A stretch of DNA of 64,000 nucleotides. Origin: Gnetum montanum. Lineage: Eukaryota; Plantae; Gnetophyta. Within the stretch, counting starts at the first letter, position 1. Each line of letters begins with the position of its first letter. Shown here one piece after another: positions 1 to 12,810 of this stretch. The notes under the pieces are model-generated. The model saw nothing but the letters and a program-made list of their open reading frames with translations, was not told the DNA's origin and searched no databases. The stretch spans positions 380,590 through 444,589 of the forward strand of contig MNCI01001153.1 in assembly GCA_015680685.1 (NCBI GenBank). The letters are read 5' to 3'. Both the position numbers and the translations under genes were made by a program.

Positions 1-672
1 ACCATGATTCATCACCATCTTTTTAACTCAATGAGATCTAATTCTAACCCTCTGTTAAATGTGCACTCCAAATGAAGAAGAATAGTATCACATAAATAGT
101 TTATCTTTAAATTAAAACATCTCTTGATATTATTCAAATCGAAATATATTGCTCTATATATATTTTCATAATTTTTAAAATAATGTGTATTTCACCTATG
201 GACATGTTTTTAAACATAATAAATAATGTGCTCTTGAATATTTAATTTTTATAGCCATAAGACTACATTATGATATCATACTTTATATTGAATTACCATC
301 ATCACTCTTTTAGATTATTTATCCAATGGAAATTTCTAGAAATTTTAAATGTAGACTAGAAAGTGAAAAAAAGCTTCAACTTCCAAGGTCATCATCTTTG
401 CTTCAAGAAGTGTAATATCATATTGTGTTTTTCTCCACTTTTAATTTATTCAACAACAAGTTGTTGAATTTATTCTATTTTTTTTCCAATATTTATTTAC
501 TAGACCAAAATCTCACACAACACACTCATAAAGAATAATTTGTTTGACAATACCATAATAGAGTTTCTTTTAAATAGGCCATGCCAAAGTAGATTCCTTG
601 TTGTATTTTCTTTTTAATGTAAATAATGATTTCATTAAGAATCATATATAAAAACTAAAAGAAATTAACATT

Positions 673-887
673 AGCTTTATTTTATTTATCTATTAAAAAA
701 ATAGACATTGAGGCCCATAGCACAACCCTTACCTACACAATAAGGTAAATGTGATCCTCTAAACAAGAATGTCCCACCACAAAACTACTCCACTGTAGCA
801 CATGTAGGTAGAGGTAGGAATTAAACCAGCAACCTCCAAACTAAAAGTTGAGTGTCTTGACCACTATGCTACATCCATGGGTTCAAC
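673..887 (-). mobile_element. tRNA-derived SINE-like element
   Basis: Minus strand has a Pol III A-box-like TAGCATAGTGG and a B-box-like GGTTTAATTCC at tRNA spacing, an unrelated body and an A-rich tail. A possible 9-bp TSD ATTAACATT lies at 664-672 and 888-896. Confidence 0.55.
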
Positions 888-1199
888 ATTAACATTCTAG
901 AAAAAAGAAAATAAAAAAAGGCCAACATTAATGTCTTAATAAAAACTCAAAATTTTTGCTAGTATGATAAATAAAAGTACAAATAAAAATCTAACTAAAG
1001 TAGCATTACTTAACCATTCATGTATCTATCATGTAGCTAATTATTATTGTGACTTGTAGTTTAGAAGCTATATGTTCAATTCCAAGGGATGTGTTGATTT
1101 GATTCAACATAGCTAATTATGGGGTTTTGAAATCCAAAATAATTTAACATAGGTACACGTTAGGATATATAGTTCAAATAGAACTTTATCATGCATCAT

Positions 1200-1266
1200 T
1201 TCCTACTAGCATCAAACCCATGACTTAAAGCTTCCAAATAAAGAGTCTTACCACTAGGCTAACACC
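1200..1266 (-). other. degenerate tRNA-like / SINE head
   Basis: Minus strand reads GGTGTTAGCCTAGTGGTAAGAC...GGGTTTGATGC (A-box and B-box like). No intact cloverleaf is evident. Confidence 0.35.
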
Positions 1267-1951
1267 TTATTGTTTATTATAGCCAATTATGATAAACATA
1301 TAGATTGAGTTTAAACTAATGATAGTGCTTTTAAATTTTACTTATTAGAAATATAACAAAGGAAAAGAAATAATCTAATTATGATTTTACATGATTAACT
1401 AGTCATTGGATATTGGCTTTCTTTAACCAAAATGTAATGTAGATAAAGTAGAGTTTAAGAAGGCTATTAAGGTATATAAGGTTGAGTTTAGAAAAAGCCA
1501 ATCTTAGATTTAGTTTTAAAATATTAAAGTATCTTGCCAACATAAAATAAAAGTCTCAATCTTAATTGAGGGGGAGGGGGTGTTGGAACATAATTAGATA
1601 GAATGTAAGAGAGTTAGTAAGTTTAATATAAAGATGATTACTTTCTTTTATATTTACATAGGATACAAAACAAGTTGCAAGTTCAACTTATGATTCAAGA
1701 ATTATGGTTTCTTCTAAGTTTTAAAGTTATGTAATAAGAAAATATTGATTACTGAGTTAAAGTAAAATAAAACACTTTGGACTTTTAGATAGAGCTATGT
1801 TTCCTAGGTGGTGAGGCCTAGGTTTGAATCTAGGTATAGGCATTTGAAAAGAGGTTAAGCTTTTGCTCATTTACTAGTCCTCCCAAGATCCTACTTAGTA
1901 GGAGGAACAATGATTTATTTCTTTCTATATTATTTTTGGTTCTTTCTATTA

Positions 1952-2235
1952 AGAGCTTTGGTTATGCTTTTCCTAACTAATGGAAATCTCCATTCTCTTA
2001 TTCACACCACAAAAGATGATCATTTGACCACATTGAAGTTGGCAATGAGAGTGAAAATACTAACCTAATTAGCAAGGGGACTTGCCTATTTGAATAATGA
2101 TTATAAATTTTATGTCATTCATTGTGACATCAAATTAGAGAATGTATTATTGGATGATGATATGAAAATCTTTTTGATTTTTGAATATCTCACTTGATTG
2201 GAGACTTTGAAGCTCTATTGGTTATATTTCTCTAG
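1952..2235 (+). pseudogene. LRR receptor-like kinase (LRR-XII/FLS2-EFR-XA21-like, non-RD) kinase-domain exon fragment
   Basis: Translates RALVMLFLTNGNL...RVKILT*LARGLAYLNNDYKFYVIHCDIKLENVLLDDDMK...SIGYISL, with stops and frameshifts. It ends at G|GTATGT (2236), the intron position typical of this subfamily. Confidence 0.85.
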
Positions 2236-2299
2236 GTATGTGTTTTTTATTTGTACCTTTGTTAATATATATTCTTCTTGGAAGATGAGGAAAGAACAC

Positions 2300-5200
2300 T
2301 GATGAGTAGTGAATACCCCTACACTCAACCATATGAATCACTAAGCATTCACATGCAATTTAGTCAAATTTTGTGAACTCTATGTCTTTCGGTACACTAG
2401 TCTTTAGGAAGTGAACTTGCCCTAACAGTTATTTGTTGTCTTCCCAATTTCACTTGTGATATGCAAAGGTATGATTAAGTGTAATCAAGGCATATGATTT
2501 TTATTATTTTTATGTTTTATATTCTGAGTGCTTAAAATAAAGGATGAAGGGAATGAAGTAATTTAATTACTAAGTTAATCTAACAAACTAACTAATTTCT
2601 AACTAATCCTAACATAAGTATCTGGTTCCACTTTCCATACACATCTTAAACACGTATAACATTACTAGGATTCCAAATGTTAAGCATTATTGGGATTACC
2701 AAGTGTTATTTGCTTGCTCGAAGTGGTCATACTTTTGTGCTTAATTAATTAATATTTAGCCTAGCTAGCTTAATTTCTTAATTAGCTTAATTATTGAAAA
2801 CATTGAAGGAAATTTCATGAAACATTAAATGAATAAATAAAATATTTAATCTAGCCAAAGTGTTGCAAGGTTTATCAGAAATCTTGTCTTTATTGCTGCA
2901 CACACTGCTGTGCTCAGGTGTACAAATTTATAATCTTTTATAAAATTGGGTGTTCATGATAATAGAATTGAACACCCTGGCCAAAACTAACATCCAACTC
3001 CTCTAGTAGCTGAAGAACAAGGAAGAAGATTCACTAATCATGAAGGGTCCTCATCACATGATGCTACTACTTATTCCTTGATGAAGATAATCCCATTCCT
3101 AGTTCATGCTTTCCACTGCACTCACAACAAAATCATGGATCAGTGTGCAATGTGTAACTTATAGCTTTTAGGTACCTTGTCTCGTCGATAGTTACACCTA
3201 GCTAGGTTGTGATTATGATGAATTGATTCTTTTAATAGAATTAGCTAGAAGATTGAAAAATATGGTGAAATGCATAAGTGGTTCATTATTAAATTTTGAA
3301 AAGCCTAAATGCAATGAAATTCTTGAAGAGGGTTAAAGAATTCACAACAACAAATAAAAAGGATTTCACTGAAAAACATTGTGAAGATGCGTACAATTGG
3401 ATATCATTGATAAGACATGCAAAAGGATTTGATCGTGAGAATGCCTGAGGATAAAGAACTTAAATAATCCAACCAAAAGGTATGCAAGTGGATCCTCCCC
3501 AAAGTAGGCACATGCCCTTTGTTGCCCTTGCATATCCTCAAACCAAGGAGTCCATGGGCCCCATGGGTGATTAATGATTATGGAAAGTTAAGTACAAAAA
3601 GCTAGAAGAAACTACCTAAGAATTTTGACACATCAAACCAAGACATTAAACAAGGACATGAACACTAATAGTGAGGTGAGACATGGAAAGCATAGATGGA
3701 TGATGGAGAAAAAGTGGAATGGAGTTCTCGATTAAGGTCACACAAAGTCCCTCATGAATTTTATGGTTAAAAGACCTAATAAATTCCACCCTTAGTCTAG
3801 ACCAAAACCAACCATGTTTAGTGACTTTGCATCACCACTCTAAGATCAGTCCACTTCTTTGAGACATAAGAGTGCTCACACAGAACAACCACCATTCTTT
3901 ATTTAGGAAGAAAAGAGAAACAGGAAGTGAGAAAAGGCCTTAATTAGAGGGGACCTTCAGGCATGGGTAACATGTCTTTCTAGTCCCATAACCAGTGCTT
4001 GTAGCCCATTTATTTTGTCTAAGGGATTTTCTTTAAGTTATCATCATTTTCTTTTATTTTTCATTTTTTGTATGGGAACCACACCATGCAAAGACTTATT
4101 CAACTTCTTGTTATTGGTTGACATAGAATTATAAGAAATCCATGAAAAAACCCATGCATCCAAGTAAGTAGAAGAGTACAAAGAGTATTGAGTTTCTTTG
4201 AAGTGACACCCTATTCAAACCTTTGAACCCTTTCCAAGTTTGAAAACTTCCAAGATCATAAGTTTGTTAAAGTTTTATTAATGAAAAAGGACCTCACACT
4301 TCTAGAACCAAAAACACTATAGAGTTTGTGGATGGATGGATGACGTGAACTCATTGCCTATTTCATGAAAAAAAAATCATGTCTTAGTTATTAGTAACAA
4401 AATTCAAAGCTAGAATCCAAACACTAATAATCAAATAACTAGATAGCACATGCCCACATCAAGCAAACTGTACTATACCTAGTTGGCAATAAGGCACATG
4501 ATTATTAGAACATAAGAAGAAAATCACATCAAAATAAAGAAAAATATAAAAGAAATTGTAAAATATTTAAGAAAAATGAAATGTACTAATGATGTTGTAA
4601 AACAAAATTTGGAAAAAAATTAATATAGTAAAAACAAAAAGGTGTAAGATAAAGAAGGCGTAGAACAAAAAGCTGTAAAAATAACAAGATGTAAAACAAA
4701 AACATGTAAAACAAAAAGATGAAAAAATGAGAAGCCATTGATATGATTAGCATGGATGGCTATATCCCCCATGACTAAGATGAAAGGAGGAGATTTGAAA
4801 CATTGAGTTTGATCGTTCATTTGATAAGGTGTTTGTTGCATTGGCTTGCTTAATCTTATGGAAAGGTTTGACCTATTGTGTGTTAACCAACTACTTTTTA
4901 TTTGGGCTCTCGGGTTTGTAGATTAACATGGCCCCACAAGAAAAAGTTTCAAAAATAATATAAGGACCTTTCCACAATGTTTGTGACTTGGTTCATTGTG
5001 GCACATGTGGGGTTCCATTAGAGGACCTTATTTCCTAGTTGAAATTTGACTTTTCTAATTCCAAGGTCATGGCATTTTTTGTTAAATGCCTTGTGTAACT
5101 CATTAGATGATAAGGCCACTAATTGATTTTCATCTAGTAGGTTGAGATTCATTAATCTTTCTTTTTGTGCTAGACTCAAGTCAAGGCCAAGGTCACAAGT

Positions 5201-6480
5201 TGTTGAAAGTGTACGGAGCTTAGATTGAATAGGAAGAGTTGGCAATTTTTTGTACACTCGCTCATAGGTAGAGTAGCTTATAAGAAGCTTCCAGATGAAG
5301 TGGTAGGCCCAGAGGGCATTATTGAATATCCTACTCCAGTCCCTCCTATATCTACTAATTATTCTCATTAAGATCTTAATGATTTTCTTATTTGTAACCT
5401 TATCTTGATCATTGGCCTGGGGATGATAAGGTGTTGTTCATTTATGCTCAACCCCTAAGTGTTGCATGAGCTTTCAAACAGTAGTGCTTGTAAAGTGGGT
5501 TCCACTATCAGAAATTAATGCATGTGGCACATCAAACCTATTTACAACATTTTGTTATACAAACTGAGCAAAAGTAGAAGATGTACAGTTGGTGATGACT
5601 ACTACTTTTACCCATTTCATACAATAGTTAATAATGACAATGATGTATATCTTTCCATTTAACATGGGCATGATGGGACCCATGAAGTCAGTGCCCTAGA
5701 TGTTAAAGGATTTTAGTGGTTGAATCCACTACCTCTATACGAGCAGTCATTCCACCATTGTGTTGGTAGTGTTTACAAGAGTGGACAAATTGGTGAGCAT
5801 CCCTAAAAAGTGTTGGCCAAGAATATTCTACCATTAAGATCTTAATGGCCATGTGTCCTCTAGCATAGTGGCCCCCATAACAACCCCCATGAGCATCTTG
5901 GAAAATGTGTAGTTGATCAGCATTAGGAACACACCAATGAACCAGGCCATTGGTGCCCACCTTGTAGAGGTGTTCGTTGATCTCCATGAAGTGTTTCATC
6001 TAGTGAAGAAACTATTATTTTTTCCTATGGTCTAGCTCTTGTGGCATATCTTGAGTGAGAAGATAGAGGAAAATGCCATCATACCATTTATTCTTAGTGG
6101 ACAATTTTTCCATTATAGCCCTGGTAAGAAGAAGTTCACCAAGAAACTAATTAGATAGTGGACTTTCCTCCTCTTTATTGTCCCATCGTAACTAAGACAA
6201 GTGGTCAACGATCACATTCTTAGATCCTTTTGATCTACCATTGTAAGATTGAATTCCTACAAGATTACCAACAATTGTATGACATGGGGGCTCACCATTG
6301 GCTTATTCATTAGGAAGTGAATTACATTGTGGTCCATGTGCATGAACACCTTGTATCTAAGCACATAGTGATTAAACTTCTCTAGATCATACACCACTAC
6401 CATTAGTTATTTCTTCATTGTGGTGTAATTTAGTTGTGTTCCCACAATGCTTTAACTTGCACAATGGATGTAATATGGAC
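2300..6480 (-). mobile_element. truncated pol-bearing Athila-type Ty3/gypsy element (3' LTR remnant, non-coding region, INT, RH)
   Basis: The LTR terminus TGATGAGTAGTGAATACCCCTACACTCAACC at 2300 matches the family at 8629/16263. Non-coding blocks at ~3490 and ~3955 match ~13120 and ~13615. An internal PPT-like AGTCATGGGGG lies at ~4770, and pol remnants follow. Confidence 0.8.
4890..6480 (-). pseudogene. pol: Athila-type pol fragment (RNase H - integrase)
   Basis: RH-like LNYTT...EKF.HY...DH...NVIVDHLS; INT zinc finger HGGCYGGHY...WPTLFRDAHQFVHSC; catalytic core; ALWAY; C-terminal WKGPY. Many stops. Confidence 0.9.
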
Positions 6481-6509
6481 ATTTTCTATTGTGGAAAAAA
6501 AAAATTGAT

Positions 6510-7560
6510 ACCTAGAATGTATAATGATAATTTAGGCAGAGGGCATTTCGATGAAAAACATATAGGGGTAAAAGTATTAAATAGTGGTTGAGTCTCTTTA
6601 AAGATGCACTTACCTTTGCCAAATCTTGTGACCACCACTAATGGGTTGGGTCACTTTCCAAAAGACATGAAATTTTGCAACAACCTATTCTTGTTTCTAA
6701 ATCCTTTGATGTATGGAGGATTGATTTCTTAGGATGAATTCTTCCATCAGAAGGAAACTGCTACATTCTGGTCTATATTGATTATGTTATGAAATGAGTT
6801 AAAGCAAAGGATACCACAACTAATGACATAAAAGTAATAATTTATTTTATTCACAAGCATGCTATAACAAGGTTTAGTATGCATAGAGTCTTAAGTAGTG
6901 ATCAAGGAACTCATTTTGTTAATAAAACTATGGAATGTCTTAGGAAGTCTTATGGAATTCTACATAAACTAGCAACACCATAGCACTCATAGACTAATAG
7001 TCAAGTTGAAAATGCAAATAAAGCTATAGTTAAAATATTGATGAAGATGCTATCTATAAGAAGAAATGACTAGTCTAGAAAACTTAATGATTCCTTATGG
7101 ACATATCAAATATCTTAGTGACGTAGCCTTGGTTTCTCTCCTTACCAACTAGTATATGATAAACATTGTTTATTGTCTATTGAAATTAAGCATCATTCTA
7201 GATTCTTAGCTTAATTAATAGGCTTTGATGAGGTTTTAAATATAGAGCCATGAAGTATACAACTAAATAAACTTTATGAGGTAATTATTAAGAAACGCAT
7301 TATTAAAAAGCAAAACAAACTTCTTCATGATGCTCAAATAATGAAGAAAAATTTTAACAAGGATGATAAGGTCTTACTTTATAATATGTGAGGTCATACA
7401 TTTCCAGGGGAATTAGTTTCTAAATGGGAAGGTCCATGTTAGATTCTTGAAGCCTATCCTAATGGTATTGTTAAAATCGCAACATTAGAAGATAGTGAGT
7501 CCATTTTTCTAGTTAATGGTCAAAGACTTAAGTTATAGATGACATGTGAACAACTTGAAA
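6510..7560 (+). pseudogene. pol: Athila-type integrase fragment of a second, older element (its 3' region continues 7560-8628 and 17137-~18800)
   Basis: GHF...LFKDA..KSCD, FDVW.IDF, SDQGTHFVN, SQVENANK and KWEGP motifs with stops. Confidence 0.85.
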
Positions 7561-8628
7561 TTGAACTCTAACTATATATCCCTGAATACTAGATGATGAT
7601 CCAAATGCTCCAACTATCAACATGATTATGTTTCATAAACCCTACTACATTATATAATATCTAATTCTATCTAGCTTTAGGTGTCAAACGAACCTAAAAT
7701 GTGTGACCCCTAGTTAAGAAGGTAGACTTAAAAGTGACCTTATAAAATAAAATTTTAGATTTAAGTTCTAATTCAATCTCAGTCTTAGTCCTAGTCTCCA
7801 TCCTACCAAATAATACAATAGGTTGGAAAACTTACTAACTACTAGCCATGGAAACACAATGAATGTTTTCTAACCCTATTTCTAGTATTTCGTACTTCTC
7901 TAATCAATTCCCATTCTCTCTTTATATTCAAAGTTTTGCAAGATTATAGTATATGAATTTTACCTAAGTCTATCCCTTGACATGAAATGATAATAATGCC
8001 ACATGGATCTTTAGGCCATATATGATATCTATTTCTATGCCCCAAATTTTATTTAACTAAAATAAATTGAAGGTTAACAAAGCAATGACAAATGCTTGGT
8101 CTACTATGATGCCATCTAAATAATTAATTGAAAAAGGGAGGCACATACATAAGGGTTGAACTCCACCATGGACAAAGTTTCCTACATGACCCTATTCATT
8201 GGCAGTGTAGCTAAGAGGCCAATACTCATGTTGGAATTCCAGCATGTAAAGTAATGTTCACCATAGGCAAAGTTTCCTATGGGACTATGCTGATTAGAAA
8301 TGCAATAAGCTTCTTAGTGATTTGGATTCTAGTAGCACTAGAACATCTTAAGCATTGTTGGTCTCAAAAAAAAAAAAGAGTATAATACATGAAAAGAATT
8401 TAATAATACAAAAAATTTATATATAAATAAAAAGAGACTTTCTATTTACTTTTCTTGACCTATTGATTTATGTGCATTCATCTTCTTGTATGACATTTTA
8501 TGTACTTTAGGTATTTGCAATTTGAGGAAGCTAATTTTCTAAATCCTATACTCTATTATACTTAACATTGAATTATTATTCCTTTTCTATGGGATGGGTT
8601 GATTACTTATATGGTAACCATTGCTTAG

Positions 8629-9484
8629 TGATGAGTGGCGATATACCCCTACACTCAATCATATGAATATGAGTGTTTCACGCACGATCTGGTCAAACTC
8701 CGTAGACGGGCTAGTTGTCATATCTAGACAGTTACTCTTAGATTATAGTTCGCTATCTTCCCACCTAGACTAGTATTAGCCTTATCACATATGGTTTAGT
8801 CCAAAGTGAGGTTTATGATGTGTTCCTACACTAATGTTACTCTTGGGTATGATGGTGAATAAAATCAACTAACTAGAAGAGGGAGAGAGTGAGAGAGAAT
8901 CTAACTAGCCTAAGTGCAATGAGCATCCGTTCCTTAATCATTCGTACACATCTTGGACCTTGTGCATGACTACCACTAGGATTTCCAAGTGCATGGCCTA
9001 AGTATGCTACTGGGCTACCAAGTAGTCACACTTGAATGCTCATGATTAAGTCATACTCATTCCGAGTTACTAGGAGATAAGGGTGGAGAGATATTAAGAA
9101 AGCAGTAAATAACAATTAAATAAATGAAAAATTAATTAAGTTAAGTGTATGCTACAATGATGAAGTAATCTTGTTCTTTATTGCTAGTCATGTGTGTGTC
9201 CAAGTACGTCACACTCAAATAAGGATGTCGTACAATTACAATCACCACACTGCAGGCATGCACTGGGAGAAAAGGGTTGAGAGGAAAAAATGATGTACTA
9301 AAAAAACTTATTGAAAATTTAAACTTAATAACTCTAATCATTTCCTACCAGCTCTACCTACCTCTTATTTATAGATGAGGAGATAGGTTGTGATATCGCG
9401 TACACAATATTGTGTTTAGGCTGTGATATTGCATACGTGATATCATGGCTACGATATCGCAGTCAAAAAATTTATGACTCATCA
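8629..9484 (-). repeat. 3' LTR
   Basis: Direct repeat of 16263-17131, preceded on the minus strand by the PPT CAGTCATGGGGGTA (9485-9498). Confidence 0.95.
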
Positions 9485-9689
9485 TACCCCCATGACTGAA
9501 TAAAAAATTGTCCTCGAGTTAAAGTGAGAACAAGCTCTATGGATTACACAGTGGATAAGTATGGGATTATNACACTTCCAGGACCAGGTGGGGATGTATA
9601 AATAGATCATTAAAAAAGAGATCCATATGGCCAAGGCCCACATCAATGCTCTCAGTGCTCAACATGCTGATTGGTAGGCCATATTGGAN

Positions 9690-12266
9690 GGCCGCAAACA
9701 CCCGTCGTTCCTCCTCATAAGCTTTGGCTTTGTCTCTATATTCTTGAAAATTTGCAAGCCATCAAGCCAAGTCTGTTATGATACCCTTTTGTCCCTAGTA
9801 GCTCGCTTTTACCACCTCAAGTTTAGAATTTGCAATCTCTAATTTTTGCAACAATTTCTTGTGTTCTACAAATTTTGCTTCATTTTTTACATAGGTGGTG
9901 GCTACCTATTGCTTGAGCACTATTCTCAGGCATCTTGCTGTTAACATGGCAAGGTTGGCACATCGCAAGTTTGTCAACTCAATGTACTCTGTAAGGTCTT
10001 GGATCTATAGGTCCCAGTTCTTAACTTCTGCCTAGTGGACAAATGCGTATGTGTCCAATATGGCCTACCAATCAGCATGTTGAGCACTGAGAGCATTGAT
10101 GTGGGCCTTGGCCATATGGATCTCTTTTTTAATGATCTATTTATACATCCCCACCTGGTCCTGGAAGTGTTCCTTTATCTTTTCATGTCGTTTAGCCTCA
10201 TTTTTCCATGTGCTTATTTCAATCATCATCTTTTGATGGATGACGCATACCTCCTCCATCGAGAGGGTTCAATTTTCATTAGCTAAAAAGTTCATGTCCT
10301 GCTTGATCCTAATTAGTTATTCTCATCACTATTGAAAATGTTCTTCAAGAAAATTCTTTTTCTTCTCCATAGAGATCAACCAAAGGTTGTCAGCAACAAG
10401 TTGTTTGTTTTCCTCTTGTAAGGCTTTGAGTGCCTTGGTGTGTGCGTAAGTTTGCGCTTGTGCTAAAGATGCATCCCAAATAGCCTTCTTTTTTTCTTTT
10501 GCCACCTTCTTATTCTTTGTCAATAATTTGGTAACTTGCTCAATTTTAAAAGTGTCCAGCTAGTCTACAAGAATGAATTATGAAGGGTCCCGCTGTGCTA
10601 CTTGCAGGGTCACGAGCCTTTCTTGCAATCTTTGTACCTCTGCTTTAGTGTGCTCGACCCTCATCTCTGTTAAGACCAAATTTCCTTTGATGGAAATGAG
10701 GTTTGATTGGATTGTTGTAACATCCTATGGAATGTCAAACAAGGACGTCATTACTTGTCCTATTTGTAGCAATCGGTCAAGTACATCCTCATGTTCTGCA
10801 GGAGTCATTGAGGTTCTGGCTAGAGTTTGAGTATCCCGTGCCCTTTTAAGATCTTCTGGTGGCACAATAAGTACATTGAATGATTCTTTAATGTGATCTG
10901 TGACCACTTCTATTTCTCCCACTGCATCCTAGTGCTGCATGACCACCACCATGGCCCCTTCACCAGTTTCTAATTGCACTTGAAAGGATGCAACGTTCCT
11001 TGAGATCTGTCGTGACCAAGTTCTGTCTCCAAGTGTCTGGATGGACACTTCACCCCTTGCATGATCCAAGGAAATCATGGGCTATACAGCATCATCAATG
11101 ACATAGAAGAGATTTGCATCATCATGACTTTTCGAACTGATCATCTCAGCGATGGCCCTGAGATGGCTCATCGATGGTCTGTAATCTTGCAATGGTGGTG
11201 GTAGTTGATCCTAATAGCCTGTGCTAGGCCCAACTTATTTTTGTTGGTTGGGTCCCATGCTTGGAAGTTGGTTGGGTCCTGCAGGTTGAGTTGTAGTTGG
11301 CCTTACTATTTGTTCCTTTTCTTGTTCCTGTCTAAGCATCTCACTAGTGATTTTTCTTGTAGCTGGTGGCCTTAGTAGTTTAGCATATGAAGCATTTTGG
11401 GCTTTTCAAAGGACATCATTGGTGTATCCCCTAATGCTAGCACATCTGCACAACTTCTTGATAAGATAAGGAAAGGGCAACGCAAGTTTCCCTGTCTTCC
11501 GTTCTTCAAAATGCCTCAAAATATCTGTAAAATATAGCTGGGGTAGGTTAGCATGAACCTTTCCCATCAACACTGCACATCCTCTTGTTGCATATGTTGA
11601 AATTATTTTTAGGCCCTTTGTGGGGAAGAGGTGATAAGTCCCTATATTGAAATAGATCCTCTCTTCCTTCGTCAACTCTCCAAACATCTTATCCTCCTTG
11701 CCATACGCCCTTTTCAACCAAACTCGTCATGCATCAGGGTCTGAGCTGGTCAATAACTAAGCAACCTTTGGCCCTGTATTTAGAAGGTTGAATACTTCCA
11801 AAATGGCTTGAATAGAAAAATCCATAGTCACACCACAAATGTTAATCATGGTGCCTTGTTCTTTGTTGTGCCAAAATTGGTACATTTCCCCTAAGTACCA
11901 GGAACCACTTTCAGAGAGGACAGGCCATAATGGGAACCCTTTGAGGTGATTCCTAATGACCTCTAGAGCAAATTTTGTGAAAGATTCAAAATTTAATTCC
12001 ACAATCACCGCAGTGAATATGGATCTTTCATGGATAGCCTGAACACAATCCTAGGGCAACATGAGATGTTGTCCCTGTTTAGTTGCTATAGCAACTCCTC
12101 CTTCTACCTGCCTTGATTGTATAGTAGTAGGGTCCTCTTGGTGGATGCTAAATGATTATTCCTCCTACTCTACATGTTGTCTGGCAGGAACTTGTCCTTC
12201 ACCTCTCCTAGGTCATTTGCTCCCACCTTGAGTAGGACCTTCCTATTGTCTGCGTTTCAAGCGCAT
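9690..12266 (-). pseudogene. ORF2 (Athila 'env-like' / putative plant transposon protein domain) with Q/P linker and coiled-coil tail
   Basis: ATG at 12266 directly after an acceptor-like AG. WYLGEMYQFWHN...GVTMDFSIQAILEVFNL...LPFPYLIKKLC.CASI pattern; C-terminal K/E-rich heptad-like segments (10329-10922). Confidence 0.8.
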
Positions 12267-12810
12267 CTTCAATTACACTGGGCCAATCATTAGTAAGGTT
12301 ATTTTCAAAGTTATGTTATACCTTACTACTTGCCTTAATGGAATTTTTTTATCTCCATGTGACGTTAATTACATGTCCCCAAAAGATTATAATATTGAGT
12401 CCTTTTTGCTTAGGTGGTTTCCAAATCTAATTTTTCGGTGTAACTAAGGGGATGAAATTTTTTTTGACACACTTATCCTTAATTTCACAGCTAATTACCT
12501 TTGATAATATCCATCAAGTGATGAAAAATTTCAAAAAATTTATGCACTATTCGGTGTGTGCCCCTCTCCCACAACTGAGTTGAACACTCTGGGTTCAAGT
12601 AGGTTCAAACAGAATGAAAATCAAAGAACCAGTGAGCGAGTAATGGATATGCAAGCAAGGGCTACACAATCGCAAGTTGTAGAGAGAAAGTTGAAAGACC
12701 TCCCCCACATGAATAGTTGAAAATGATCGTAAGTAGCATGGGGGGTCATGTATATATAGTTTTGTGGGATGCGATATTGCGTTGGCCATGATATCGCGTA
12801 TCGATATTTA
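12267..12810 (-). promoter_or_regulatory. putative internal promoter and 5'-UTR intron of ORF2
   Basis: CGATATCG-type motifs (12771-12808), TATATATA (12751-12758), donor AG|GTAATT (12498), TACTAAT branch and AG|ATG (12267). TATA, donor, branch and acceptor are conserved in the copy at 44190-44712. Confidence 0.6.

Noticed and set aside
805-880. Functional tRNA gene
   Set aside because: The B-box is mutated and acceptor/anticodon stems cannot be formed convincingly; it is better explained as a SINE head.
1563-1700. PPT-like GAGGGGGAGGGGG followed by TGTTGG (possible Copia LTR start)
   Set aside because: No partner LTR, terminus or coding remnant could be supported.
4620-4841. Hydrophobic ORFs here and in LTRs (9141-9341, 16774-16974, 25538-25908, 26820-27210)
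   Set aside because: Chance ORFs on the T-rich strand of non-coding TE sequence.
9572-9688. Perfect 117-bp inverted copy of 10054-10170 (potential siRNA hairpin)
   Set aside because: It is bounded by single n bases at 9571 and 9689 and is 100% identical inside an otherwise mutated element, so it is most likely a gap-filling assembly artefact.
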